A stretch of 64,000 nt of DNA. Origin: Deltaproteobacteria bacterium (GTDB taxonomy: Bacteria > Myxococcota > Kuafuiibacteriia > Kuafuiibacteriales > Kuafuiibacteriaceae). The stretch covers positions 32,001 to 96,000 of the forward strand of contig JAVJQW010000057.1 in NCBI GenBank assembly GCA_040218735.1. Reading direction: 5' to 3'. How positions within the stretch are numbered: the first letter of the stretch is position 1; every line of letters begins with the position of its first letter. The notes below the pieces were generated by a model. It did no database searches. It was not told the DNA's origin and saw only the letters and a list, made by a program, of their open reading frames with translations. Position numbers and translations under genes: made by a program. This document shows positions 1-9,234 of this stretch, one piece after another.

Positions 1-837
1 ACCTCCCCGGCCGACACGGGCGCCGCGCCCGCCCGTGCCCCGGCCGTGCAGGAGGTCCCCGGGTACGACGTCGCCCAGCTCGAGCCGAGCGTTCGGGCCG
101 ACGCGCTCCGCATCCTCAACGAGACGTACTGCTACTGCGGGTGCCCGCGGACCATCGCCGCGTGCCTCGCGTCGGAGGCCGACTGCTCGTGCGTGCGGTG
201 CTCCAAGCGCATGGCCAGCTTCATCATGAATGAGTACAAGCTGGGATCGTCTACAGAGGACGTGGAGGCACAACTGCTCGGCGGCTTCTCGGAGGGCTTC
301 AACGGCCGCCCGCGCAAGTTCGACCAACCCGACCAACCCCGCAAGGGCCCGGCGGACGCGAAGATCGAGCTCGTCGAGTTCGCCGACTTCCGCTGCCCGC
401 ACTGCGCCGCCGCGTACGACGTCCTCGACCAGGTCGTGAAGTCCAAGAGCGACGTCGCGCTCCGCTACTACTACTTCCCGCTCTCCGGGGGCGGCGAGAC
501 CTCCATCCGCGCGGCGGAAGCCGCCGAGGAGGCACGCGAGCAGGGCAAGTTCTGGGAGATGGCGAGGACGCTGTTCAAGTTCCAGCACGCGCTGGAGGAC
601 AGCGACCTGCGCGGCTACGCCCAGGATGTCGGCCTCGACCTGGCCAAGTACGACGCGGCCATGAAGAGCCGCAAACACAAGGAGAAGGTCCTCGAGGACA
701 AACGTCTCGGGGAGAAGGTCGGGGTGCTCTCGACGCCTTCGATCTACCTGAACGGCCGACCGTTCCAGATGGCCCGGACCATCGAGAACATCGAGCTTCG
801 AATCGAGATGGAGGCCGAACGCGGCCGCTGTGACTGA
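1..837 (+). CDS. DsbA/thioredoxin-fold protein with Cys-rich N-terminal domain (5' partial)
   Basis: Frame is open from base 1. EFADFRCPHC active site, cis-Pro motif STPSIYLNG, upstream CYCGC...C...CSCVRC cluster. Confidence 0.88.
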   Translation, partial: TSPADTGAAPARAPAVQEVPGYDVAQLEPSVRADALRILNETYCYCGCPRTIAACLASEADCSCVRCSKRMASFIMNEYKLGSSTEDVEAQLLGGFSEGFNGRPRKFDQPDQPRKGPADAKIELVEFADFRCPHCAAAYDVLDQVVKSKSDVALRYYYFPLSGGGETSIRAAEAAEEAREQGKFWEMARTLFKFQHALEDSDLRGYAQDVGLDLAKYDAAMKSRKHKEKVLEDKRLGEKVGVLSTPSIYLNGRPFQMARTIENIELRIEMEAERGRCD

Positions 838-850
838 AAGTGAGGACCTG

Positions 851-1408
851 ATGACAAGCTGGTTGCGAGCGTTCGCTGTTGCCCAAGTCGCTCTCTTCTC
901 TTCGACCGCCTTCGCGCAGTTCGCGGACGGGCCGACGGAGAAGGTCGAGAAGAAACCTGAATCACGGAGTTGGACCGTCACGAAGGACGGCTTCTCGATG
1001 AGTTACCTGTTCGTGCCGGGCATCCCGGATCCGAACCAGGTCACCGAGATCGTGATCGTCGCGAGCGCGGTGCCGAAGACCCCGCACCCCCGCTACGGAA
1101 GCCGCGTGCCGCTCGAGAACGCGCGCATCGCGCTGGAGATCACGAACCCGGCCGGCGAGGTCGTGGGTTCGTTCGTCGCGCACGAGCTGCCGCTGACCTC
1201 CGGTAAGTACGGCGTGCACTTCACGGCGCAGCAGGAGGGCATCTACTCGATTCGCCTGAAGGGCAAGACGGCGGACGGCAAGGACATCCGCTCCGACGTG
1301 AAGCTCCCGGTCGCGGTCTGGCCGCTCCCGAAGGAGCTGCAGGGGAGCGGCGACGCCGAGGGAGCACGCACCGCGCGGCGCGTGATCCGCAAGCCGGTGG
1401 GTAAGTGA
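851..1408 (+). CDS. Exported hypothetical protein, Ig-like (YtkA/FixH-like)
   Basis: ATG at 851 after GAGGA. Signal peptide ending STAFA. Beta-rich pattern GKYGVHFTAQQEGIYSIRL. Confidence 0.65.
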   Translation: MTSWLRAFAVAQVALFSSTAFAQFADGPTEKVEKKPESRSWTVTKDGFSMSYLFVPGIPDPNQVTEIVIVASAVPKTPHPRYGSRVPLENARIALEITNPAGEVVGSFVAHELPLTSGKYGVHFTAQQEGIYSIRLKGKTADGKDIRSDVKLPVAVWPLPKELQGSGDAEGARTARRVIRKPVGK

Positions 1409-1418
1409 GGTCCAGGTC

Positions 1419-2288
1419 ATGAAAGTCTCGAAACTCTTCCTCGCCTTCGGCGTCCTCTTCACGACCCACGCGACCGCGTCGGACGACATCCGAACGTTCG
1501 TCGGCGATCCACTGAATGGAAAGAAGCTCTACGACAAGGAGTGCGCTGCTTGCCACGGCAAGAACGGCGACGGCGGTCGTACGAGTGTGTCGCTCACGGA
1601 CTCGGGCCGCATGAACCTGATCCGCGACGACCAGATGTTCTCGATGATCCAGGTCGGGCGCGGGCTGAAGAAGCCGGGCGACCACAGCTTCACGAAGAAG
1701 CTCAAGTTCCTGGAGATCTGGGACGTCATCGCGCACGTGCGCGAGGGCCACATGACGATCGGTGACTTCTTCCCGACCGCGTCCCGTTACGTGAGCAAGA
1801 CCTACGAGATCGACAAGTTCGGCCTCGACCGCATCAAGGAGCGCGCGGGCGTCACGCTGAAGGACAAGAAGGCCGCGGTGTTCACGTTCTTCACGTTCGA
1901 GGGCGAAGAAGGGAACCTGCAGTACATCCCGCAGGACCCGATCAAGCTCGACCACCTGTCGAAGGACAAGAAGTCCGGCTACCTGGTGTTCCTGCCGTTC
2001 GAGCACGCCGGCTTCTCCGGCGAGCTCGGCGTCGCGATGGATCCCGACGGCCAGATCACGAAGCTCCTCGTCCACCGCGGCGCCAAGAACGCGGACCTGC
2101 TGAACAAGGACCTGTCGCGCTTCGAGGGCATGGGTAAGAAGAACCAGGCCGAGCCGTTCAAGGTCGGCGGCGGCAAGAAGATGGACGCCGTCGCGAAGAA
2201 GGTCTTCCCGGTCTTCATGCGCGCGATGGAGACCGTCACCATGTACGACCGCGAAGAGAACGAGCGTACGTGGGCCGACCCGAACTGA
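1419..2288 (+). CDS. Exported c-type cytochrome with C-terminal FMN-bind-like domain
   Basis: Signal peptide; GDPLNGKKLY..CAACHG heme motif; C-terminal GYLVF..GFSGELGVAMDPDGQI pattern. Confidence 0.8.
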   Translation: MKVSKLFLAFGVLFTTHATASDDIRTFVGDPLNGKKLYDKECAACHGKNGDGGRTSVSLTDSGRMNLIRDDQMFSMIQVGRGLKKPGDHSFTKKLKFLEIWDVIAHVREGHMTIGDFFPTASRYVSKTYEIDKFGLDRIKERAGVTLKDKKAAVFTFFTFEGEEGNLQYIPQDPIKLDHLSKDKKSGYLVFLPFEHAGFSGELGVAMDPDGQITKLLVHRGAKNADLLNKDLSRFEGMGKKNQAEPFKVGGGKKMDAVAKKVFPVFMRAMETVTMYDREENERTWADPN

Positions 2289-2294
2289 TTCGGC

Positions 2295-2867
2295 TCAAGC
2301 GGCGAAGCCCCTGAGCATCGCCGAAACCGCCTCCCGCCACGCGCGCTTCGGGCGCGCACCCAACATCCCCGCGAGCTCACACGTCGTCAGCCCGTGCACC
2401 AGCGCGAAGAGCTGTCGGCCCATCGACTCCGCTCCGCGTCGGAACACCCCCGCGCGGACGCCGCGCGCGAACGTCTCGACCACCCGCTCGAAGCCGCGCC
2501 GCGCGAGGGCTACGTCCTCGGGGAGCGGCGCGCCGCCCTTCAACACCATCAGCGGGTAGAGCGTCGGGTGCAGCAGCGCGCTCGCCCGGTAGGCGAGCGC
2601 GAGCGCGAGGAGCTCTTCGGTGACGTCTTCCGAGACCGGCACGGCTTCGTGGTGCGCCGCCATCGCCGCCGCCATCTCGTGGTACATCGCGGCGAGCAGC
2701 CCCTCCTTGCTCTCGAAGAGGCTGTAGATCGCTCGGGTCGTCGTGTCGGCGCGTCGAGCGAGGCGCCGCAGCGACAACCCCTCGACGCCCTCCGCCTCCA
2801 CCAGTGCGCCCGCGACACGCAGCAGACGAGCGCGCGTCGTTTCGTCGTGTTCCCTCGGACGTCCCAT
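2295..2867 (-). CDS. TetR/AcrR family transcriptional regulator
   Basis: MGRPREHD start at 2867 with AGGAG RBS; HTH LSLRRLARRADTTTRAIYSLFESKEGLL; C-terminal ALVHG motif. Confidence 0.92.
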   Translation of the reverse strand: MGRPREHDETTRARLLRVAGALVEAEGVEGLSLRRLARRADTTTRAIYSLFESKEGLLAAMYHEMAAAMAAHHEAVPVSEDVTEELLALALAYRASALLHPTLYPLMVLKGGAPLPEDVALARRGFERVVETFARGVRAGVFRRGAESMGRQLFALVHGLTTCELAGMLGARPKRAWREAVSAMLRGFAA

Positions 2868-2890
2868 GTTGATCTCCTGTTTCGACACAC

Positions 2891-2910
2891 TGTAACGTAA
2901 CGTCGTTGCA
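2891..2910. promoter_or_regulatory. Putative TetR operator
   Basis: TGTAACG-N6-CGTTGCA imperfect dyad in the 70-bp divergent intergenic region. Confidence 0.55.
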
Positions 2911-2937
2911 AAACATCGGACAGACGGGGGTGGGCCC

Positions 2938-4239
2938 GTGAACGATCTCGTTGCAGGAGGGGCCTTCGGGCTCTTGGCCGGGGTGCTGGGGCTCGCCGCG
3001 CTCCGCGCACCCCTACTGGCTTGGGTCGCGCTGGCGCCGCTGGTCTTCGCGGCGGCGACGCTCGGCCCCGCTCCAACGGCCCTGGGCGCCGCCGTGACCG
3101 GAGCGCTGTACGGGTGCTCCGGCCAGTCGACCAAGACGGTGCGACGGCTGCTCCCGATCTCGTGCGGGACCAACGCGCTCGTCTACGCGGCGGGATGGGG
3201 AGCTGCTGCCGCGGTGTGGCCCAGCGACGCCTGGGGTGCGGTGATCGCCCCGGTCACCGCGGTGGCCGTCACCGTTCCGCTCTCGAAGCTCGGCGCCCCA
3301 CGCTACGTGGCGAACCTCCTCGCGCGGACGCAGGAGCCGTGGCTCGCGATCGTACACATCGCCCGGCTCGGCTCGGATCGGTTCGTGTTGCTCGCGATGG
3401 CCTCGGTCTCGACCGCCGTTGCGTTGTCGACGCGCGCGCCGGGTGCGGCCACGGGCGCGGCGTTCGTCGGCCTCGCGCTCGTCGCCTTTGGCGCGTACGC
3501 GTACCGCGCGACGGTTCTGCAGTTGCGCAACGTCCCGCGCCTGCGCATCGCGGCGGTCGTCGCCGACCCGAAGCCTCCCTCCGAAGTCCCCGTCGACGGC
3601 CTCTACCCGCTGCGCGCGCCCGACAACCGCGCGACGGAGGCGCTCCGGCGATACGCCCCACACGTCGAAGCGGCGGCCGACGCGGGCGCACGCATGGTCG
3701 TCCTGCCGGAGATCGCGATGCGGATCGACGACGAGGCTCGCGCGACGTGGACGGACACCATCGCGAGCTGGGCGAGGGACAACGGCGTTACCATCGTCGC
3801 CCCCTACTTCGACGACGACACCCAGACCAACGCGCTGGCGGTGTTCGACGGCGGCGGGTCGATCGTCGCGCGCTACGAAAAGCAGCACCCGGGACCGATC
3901 GAGCCCCCGCGCCACGAACGCACCGCGGCGGGACCGTACGCGGGACCCGACGGCGTCCCGCTGCACGTCGTCATCTGCGTGGACCTCGACTACGCGGACT
4001 TCCTCGCCGGCGTCCGCGTGCACCGCGGGTTACTCGCCGTGCCCGCGAACGACTGGCCGGGGTTCGACGTCGTCCACCACGCGACGAGTGTATGGGCTTG
4101 CGTGATGGCCCGCGTCCCCCTCGTCCGCGCGACGGGTCACGGGATCTCTTCGGTCCGCGACGCGAGCGGCCGCCTCGTCGCCTACCGCGCCGCGACCGCG
4201 GGCGCGGGTACGCTGGTGGCCGACGTCCCGATCCTGTGA
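2938..4239 (+). CDS. Membrane carbon-nitrogen hydrolase (apolipoprotein N-acyltransferase-like)
   Basis: Hydrophobic multi-TM N-terminal half; nitrilase triad in VVLPE, YEKQH and ICVD; VPANDW and RATGHGIS motifs. Confidence 0.85.
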   Translation: MNDLVAGGAFGLLAGVLGLAALRAPLLAWVALAPLVFAAATLGPAPTALGAAVTGALYGCSGQSTKTVRRLLPISCGTNALVYAAGWGAAAAVWPSDAWGAVIAPVTAVAVTVPLSKLGAPRYVANLLARTQEPWLAIVHIARLGSDRFVLLAMASVSTAVALSTRAPGAATGAAFVGLALVAFGAYAYRATVLQLRNVPRLRIAAVVADPKPPSEVPVDGLYPLRAPDNRATEALRRYAPHVEAAADAGARMVVLPEIAMRIDDEARATWTDTIASWARDNGVTIVAPYFDDDTQTNALAVFDGGGSIVARYEKQHPGPIEPPRHERTAAGPYAGPDGVPLHVVICVDLDYADFLAGVRVHRGLLAVPANDWPGFDVVHHATSVWACVMARVPLVRATGHGISSVRDASGRLVAYRAATAGAGTLVADVPIL

Positions 4240-4290
4240 ACGGACCCGACCCGGGTTGCATCCTCACTATCGGCGATCGATGGTGGCGGC

Positions 4291-4644
4291 GTGGGTACGC
4301 CCGAACCCATTCCGTTCGAAGGCCAACACTCCGAAGACGACCTCGAGCTCTTCGGGCCCTACCGCTACCTCTATCCGATCGACGTCGAGGGTGACCGCTT
4401 CCTCGTCCCAGAGCGCAACTACGTGCTGCGCGCGCTGCAGTACGTGGAGATCAAACACCGCGCCGTGCGCCTGCCGTACTGGGACTACTGCTGGAACGAC
4501 ACGGTGGGCTGCTGCGAGATGACGTACCGCGAGTCGCCCGAGGAGCCCGAGCAGATCGGGCGCGCGTGCCGCGTCGAAGTGCAACCTGGCATGCAGATCG
4601 TGAAGCTCCCGAAGGGAGGCCGCCGATGCGCCCCGAAGCGGTGA
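4291..4644 (+). CDS. Small 2Fe-2S ferredoxin-like protein
   Basis: VPERNYVLRALQ, CWNDTVGCC and GRACRVEVQPGMQI resemble the Fer2_4 pattern. Confidence 0.6.
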   Translation: MGTPEPIPFEGQHSEDDLELFGPYRYLYPIDVEGDRFLVPERNYVLRALQYVEIKHRAVRLPYWDYCWNDTVGCCEMTYRESPEEPEQIGRACRVEVQPGMQIVKLPKGGRRCAPKR

Positions 4645-6029
4645 ACGTCACGCGGGCGCGGCGCGCGCTCGAAGACCAACTCTCGACCGAGCAGGTCATC
4701 GCAGACCCGGACCTCCTCGAACGCTACGGCGAGGACTGGTCCGGCGGCGGCGTCCACCTCCCGGACTTCGTCGTGAAGGCAAAGACGGCCGCGGACGTTC
4801 AGGCAGTGCTCGCGGCCGCGACCGAACACGGCGTGCCCGTGACGCCGCGTGGGCTCGGCACCGGAAAGTCGGGCGGCGCGCTGCCCATCTACGGCGGCAT
4901 CGTGTTGTCGACGGAGCTGATGGTCGGCGTCGAAGACGTCCGACGCGACGACATGCTCTGCGTCGCGCAGCCCGGGACCATCACCGCCGACCTCATGAAG
5001 GCGGTCGAGGACGAGGGCCTGTTCTACCCGCCCGACCCCAACAGCCTGAACATCTGCTCGATCGGCGGCAACGTCGCGTGCAATGCCGGCGGCCCGCGCG
5101 CGCTCAAGTATGGGGTCACGCGTCACTACGTCTTGGGCGCGGAGGTCGTGCTCCCCACCGGGGAGCTGATCGAGGTCGGCAAGCGAACGATCAAACACGT
5201 CACCGGCTACGACCTCGCGGGGTTGATCGTCGGGAGCGAAGGGACGCTCGGCGTCATCACGCGGGTCATCCTCCGCGTGATTCCCAACCCGCCGTACGTG
5301 CAGACGGCGCTCGTCTCGTTCCCGAAGCTGTCGCAAGCGTCGGTCGCGCTCACGAAGGTGCTCGCCTCCGGCATCGTGCCGCGGACGCTCGAGCTGCTCG
5401 ATCACCACGCGCTGAACGCGGTCCGCGAGAAGACCCCCGGGCGCTTCCCGGAGGACGCCGGCGCGCTGATCATCCTCGAGACGGACGGCACCACCGAAGC
5501 GCGCGCGTTCGAAGATCTCGAGCGCGCGGGTGAAGTGTGTCTGAACGAAGGCGCGCTCGACGTGCTCGTCGCGCAGGACGCGCAGCAGCGCGAGCGCATC
5601 TGGGAGCCGCGCCGTGTCCTGTCGGTGACGTTGTCCGAGACCGCGGAGAAGAAGATCTCGGAGGACATCGTCGTCCCGCGATCGCTCATCCCCGAGATGC
5701 TCGACCGCGTCCAACGCATCGGCGACACCCACGGCGTGCGGTGTGCGACGTACGGCCACGCCGGCGACGGGAACCTCCATGTGAACGTCCTGTTCGATCG
5801 CGACGCTGAAGATCGCGCGCAAACGGCCGTTTTAGAGGTGATGAAGGCCACGGTGGCCCTCGGGGGTACCATCTCCGGGGAACATGGTATTGGGCTTCTG
5901 AAGCGAGACTTCATGCCCCTCGAACAGTCCCAGTCGATGCTCTCCGTTCAGCGCGCGATCAAACGCACGCTCGACCCGAAGAACATCCTCAACCCCGGCA
6001 AGATCTTGCCGCTGAACGGGGCGGGCTGA
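4626..6029 (+). CDS. glcD: FAD-linked oxidase, GlcD/D-lactate dehydrogenase family
   Basis: PRGLGTGKSGGA, YPPDPNS, IGGNVACNAGG, GSEGTLG, GHAGDGNLH, SGEHGIG, LNPGKI. ATG at 4626 after GGAGG. Confidence 0.92.
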   Translation: MRPEAVNVTRARRALEDQLSTEQVIADPDLLERYGEDWSGGGVHLPDFVVKAKTAADVQAVLAAATEHGVPVTPRGLGTGKSGGALPIYGGIVLSTELMVGVEDVRRDDMLCVAQPGTITADLMKAVEDEGLFYPPDPNSLNICSIGGNVACNAGGPRALKYGVTRHYVLGAEVVLPTGELIEVGKRTIKHVTGYDLAGLIVGSEGTLGVITRVILRVIPNPPYVQTALVSFPKLSQASVALTKVLASGIVPRTLELLDHHALNAVREKTPGRFPEDAGALIILETDGTTEARAFEDLERAGEVCLNEGALDVLVAQDAQQRERIWEPRRVLSVTLSETAEKKISEDIVVPRSLIPEMLDRVQRIGDTHGVRCATYGHAGDGNLHVNVLFDRDAEDRAQTAVLEVMKATVALGGTISGEHGIGLLKRDFMPLEQSQSMLSVQRAIKRTLDPKNILNPGKILPLNGAG

Positions 6030-6731
6030 GTGGGCACCTTCGATCTCGTCCCCGAGGTGCTCCGCGAGGTGCCGGTGTTCCCGCTCCCCGGGACCGTGCT
6101 GCTCCCGCGCACGATGATCTCGCTGCACGTGTTCGAGCCGCGCTACCGCGCGATGATGGAAGCCTGCATCGAAGGCGCGCGCCTCCTCGCCGTCGCGATG
6201 TTCGACGAGACCGGCTCCCCCGACGAACACGGTCGCCCCGCCATTCACCCCGTCGCCGGCATCGGCGCGCTGCGTCGCTCCGCGAAGCTCCCGGACGGCC
6301 GCTACAACATCGTCCTCGAGGGACTCGCGCGCGTCGACATCAGCGAGGAACACCCGCCCACGAAGACCTTCCGCCGCGCGACCGCGCGCGTGCTCGAAGA
6401 CGTCGTCGATGACGATCCGGCCGCCCTCGCCCGCTCGATCGCATCGCTACGCGCGCTCTGCACGCGCGCACTTTCGAAGAGCGAAGGGGACGACGACGGC
6501 GAGCTCCTCGAAGGGCTCGCGCACGTATCCGAGCCCGGAACGCTCGCCGACCTCGTCGCCGCCGCCGCGGTCCAAGACAGCCTCGATCGCCAGCGCGTCC
6601 TCGCGGAGCCCAACGTCCTCGAACGCGTCAACCTCGTGGCCGGCGCGCTCGGCGCACTCCTCCTCACGAACGACACCCCCGGCGGCGAGCCGGAGGCGTT
6701 CGGCTGGGGCATCACGCCCGGCGAAGCCTGA
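6030..6731 (+). CDS. LON peptidase substrate-binding domain protein
   Basis: VPVFPLPGTVLLP..LHVFEPRYRAM and LPDGRYNIVLEG; no AAA+ or protease domain. Confidence 0.9.
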   Translation: MGTFDLVPEVLREVPVFPLPGTVLLPRTMISLHVFEPRYRAMMEACIEGARLLAVAMFDETGSPDEHGRPAIHPVAGIGALRRSAKLPDGRYNIVLEGLARVDISEEHPPTKTFRRATARVLEDVVDDDPAALARSIASLRALCTRALSKSEGDDDGELLEGLAHVSEPGTLADLVAAAAVQDSLDRQRVLAEPNVLERVNLVAGALGALLLTNDTPGGEPEAFGWGITPGEA

Positions 6732-7044
6732 GCCCGCGCGGCACCTCGGAGCACATCCGCCGTGTACGTGGGGGCTGCCCGCGCGGCCGGATCCCGCGTT
6801 GTCACACAATTTGTGTACTCCGGGTGTATCCCAGAGTTCCGGTCGAAGGACGCGACGTAGGCGAGTGCGAGTTTTCAGGCGACTTCAAGCGATCCCCATC
6901 GTTGGAAGGCCTACCAACGGGTCGTGACTCGTCGGGGCGACCGTGACGTGTGCGCGGGCCCCGCGCGCCTTCCCGTACAGGGGGAACCCAACGATCAATG
7001 CGCGCGCGGTCGGGATCCACCTGTCCGCACGACCAGGGAGGAAC

Positions 7045-9189
7045 ATGACGAAACGAATCACGCACGCCCCTACACGCTCGACCGGCGTGGCGATCGCGAG
7101 CCTCGCGATCGCCGCCGTCGGATGTAAATCCGACGAGCCGAGCGCACCCGCCACCGGTGTCCTGGCCCAAGCGGCCCAGGCCGCCCAAGTCTTTCAGGCC
7201 ATCGCGCCGTGTGACCCCGTGACCATCGACCAATCGATGGTCATCCACGACCAGGCCACGCTGTCGCTCGTCGACTTCAGCTTCCTGCGCACCATCGCGG
7301 CCATTCGCGTGTCGAGCGGAGGCGCCACGACGACGGACGCCGACCTCGCCGAGACGATCACCAGCGGGCTCTTGAACACGACGTTCCCGCAGCCCGTGAG
7401 CGGACTGCCCATCCCCGCGACCCCGCGGCCTCCGGAGGCGGCGCTCACCGGCGCTCAGCTCATCGCGCAGATGCAACCCATCGCGCTCTTCAACCGGTTC
7501 GATCTCGCCCCCGCGAACGGCGATCACTGCGGTGAGTACAGAATCGTCTACGGCCGATATCCGAACGCCGTGACGAACCGCTACCTGCTGATCTTCGAAG
7601 CGGCGCTCCCGAACCCAACGCCGTCCTTGGGCATCGAAGGTTGCCGCGACGTCGCCGAGTTCTGGCACGGCCTCTCCGACACCGCGATGACCACCGCCCA
7701 GCGCGCCGCAGCGCTCGAGGACTTCTATTACAACGGTCTGCCGGGGTTCAGCCCGGTCGTCGACCACGCGCACTACGGCGTTCCGTTCGGTCAGGTGCGC
7801 TCCAACATGTTCGTCAACGCGGCCTCGCAGAACTTCACGTGGCAGCTGCGCGAGTGGCGCTCTTCGTTCAACACCGGCGGCCAGCCCGTGTTCACGCCCG
7901 ACACCGTGAAGGACAACCCACTCGTCGAATTCCACGACGAGAACAGCAGCAACCCGAACCCGACGCTGTTCTCCAGCGAGCAGACCGCGTTCGTCTCCCA
8001 CTACACGGGCGGCGCCATGCCCAACCTCCTCGCCTTCGAGCTCAACGGTGGTACCTCGCCGATCGTCGCGTGCCCCGAGGTGAACACGGTCTCGGCCGGC
8101 TTCGACAACCGCTTCAACGAGTTCCAGAGCCACTCCAACGGCCCCGCCCCCGACGATCCGGTCGCCGCCGCGAGCACCGCGTTCCACGGTTCGATCACCA
8201 CCGTGCTCTCCGGAAACACCGCGTTCGCCGGACTGAATTCGACGCACGTGTTGGCGCGCAGCACCGCGATGAGCTGCGCCGGCTGCCACGAGCTGTCGGT
8301 CGGCGACGCGATCTCCCCCTCCGCGACCTGGCCGGCCGTCGCCGCCGGTGGGTTCGTTCACGTCCGCGAGCTCGGCAGCACGCCGCCCGCCGTCACGCCG
8401 CTGTCGCCGGCGCTCAACAACTGCTTCCTCCCCGCCCGCGCGCAGAACCTCGAGTCGTTCGTTTGTAACGCCCCGCCGCCCGACGCCGGGGTGTCCGACT
8501 CCGGGACGCAGCCCGACTCCGGGACGCCCGACTCCGGGACGCCGTCGTCCTGCGGTGGTCCCTACGACCCGCCGTGCTCTCCGTACGAGTACTGCGAGTT
8601 CGGTCCGTACAACATCTGCGGTGCGCAGGGCTCCGGGACGTGCCAGCCGCGACCGACCGGCTGCGGCTACGGCGGACCTCAGGTCTGCGGCTGCGACGGG
8701 AACACGTACCCGAACGCATGCACCGCGCAGGCGTCCGGCACGGACGTCGCGAGCACCGGCGCGTGCGGCTGCAACCTCACCGCCCCCAACGGGTGCTGCT
8801 ACGACGACGAGGTCTGCGCGAAGACGATCCGCGGCGGCGAGTGCATCGGTGCGGCGTGCAGCAAGGCGCAGCCCGGCGTCTGCAAGGCCCCGCCTCCCGC
8901 TGGATACTGTTGGGAGAACGAGGACTGCGGGTCCGGCCAGATCTGCAGCGGCGCGAGCATCTGCCCGTGCGGCGCGCAGTGCATCAAGGCCGACGCACCG
9001 GGCGTCTGCAAGACGCTGTCGGACACGTCGAAGAGCGAGGTGACGACCGCGAAGGCAGGCTTGCTCTCAGCGACCAACAGCACGGAAGCCGAGCGCGCCA
9101 AGGCCGACTTCGACGAAGCGGTCGAGGCGGCCCGCGAAGCGGAGCGAGCGCAGCCCGGCGCGTTCGTTCCGCAGCGTCGTACGCACTGA
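7045..9189 (+). CDS. Lipoprotein with single CxxCH motif, Kazal-like domain and Cys-rich C-terminus
   Basis: GGAGG RBS before ATG 7045; lipobox AVGC; MSCAGCH; Kazal-like QVCGCDGNTYPNAC. Confidence 0.75.
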   Translation: MTKRITHAPTRSTGVAIASLAIAAVGCKSDEPSAPATGVLAQAAQAAQVFQAIAPCDPVTIDQSMVIHDQATLSLVDFSFLRTIAAIRVSSGGATTTDADLAETITSGLLNTTFPQPVSGLPIPATPRPPEAALTGAQLIAQMQPIALFNRFDLAPANGDHCGEYRIVYGRYPNAVTNRYLLIFEAALPNPTPSLGIEGCRDVAEFWHGLSDTAMTTAQRAAALEDFYYNGLPGFSPVVDHAHYGVPFGQVRSNMFVNAASQNFTWQLREWRSSFNTGGQPVFTPDTVKDNPLVEFHDENSSNPNPTLFSSEQTAFVSHYTGGAMPNLLAFELNGGTSPIVACPEVNTVSAGFDNRFNEFQSHSNGPAPDDPVAAASTAFHGSITTVLSGNTAFAGLNSTHVLARSTAMSCAGCHELSVGDAISPSATWPAVAAGGFVHVRELGSTPPAVTPLSPALNNCFLPARAQNLESFVCNAPPPDAGVSDSGTQPDSGTPDSGTPSSCGGPYDPPCSPYEYCEFGPYNICGAQGSGTCQPRPTGCGYGGPQVCGCDGNTYPNACTAQASGTDVASTGACGCNLTAPNGCCYDDEVCAKTIRGGECIGAACSKAQPGVCKAPPPAGYCWENEDCGSGQICSGASICPCGAQCIKADAPGVCKTLSDTSKSEVTTAKAGLLSATNSTEAERAKADFDEAVEAAREAERAQPGAFVPQRRTH
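8495..8541 (+). repeat. Intragenic tandem repeat (3 x CCGACTCCGGGACG) encoding a DSGT linker
   Basis: Copies at 8495-8508, 8513-8526 and 8528-8541. Confidence 0.85.
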
Positions 9190-9199
9190 GATCGTGCTC

Positions 9200-9228
9200 C
9201 GCCTCCGCGCGCTTGGCGCGCGGGGGCG
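9200..9228. terminator. GC-rich hairpin between convergent genes, possible terminator
   Basis: CGCCTCCGCGCGC-TTG-GCGCGCGGGGGCG, 13-bp stem with one G-U pair; no U-tract. Confidence 0.5.
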
Positions 9229-9234
9229 CCCTCC

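Noticed and set aside
8495-8541. Short direct repeats here and at 41406-41459 as CRISPR candidates
   Set aside because: In-frame intragenic linker repeats with no spacers and no cas genes.
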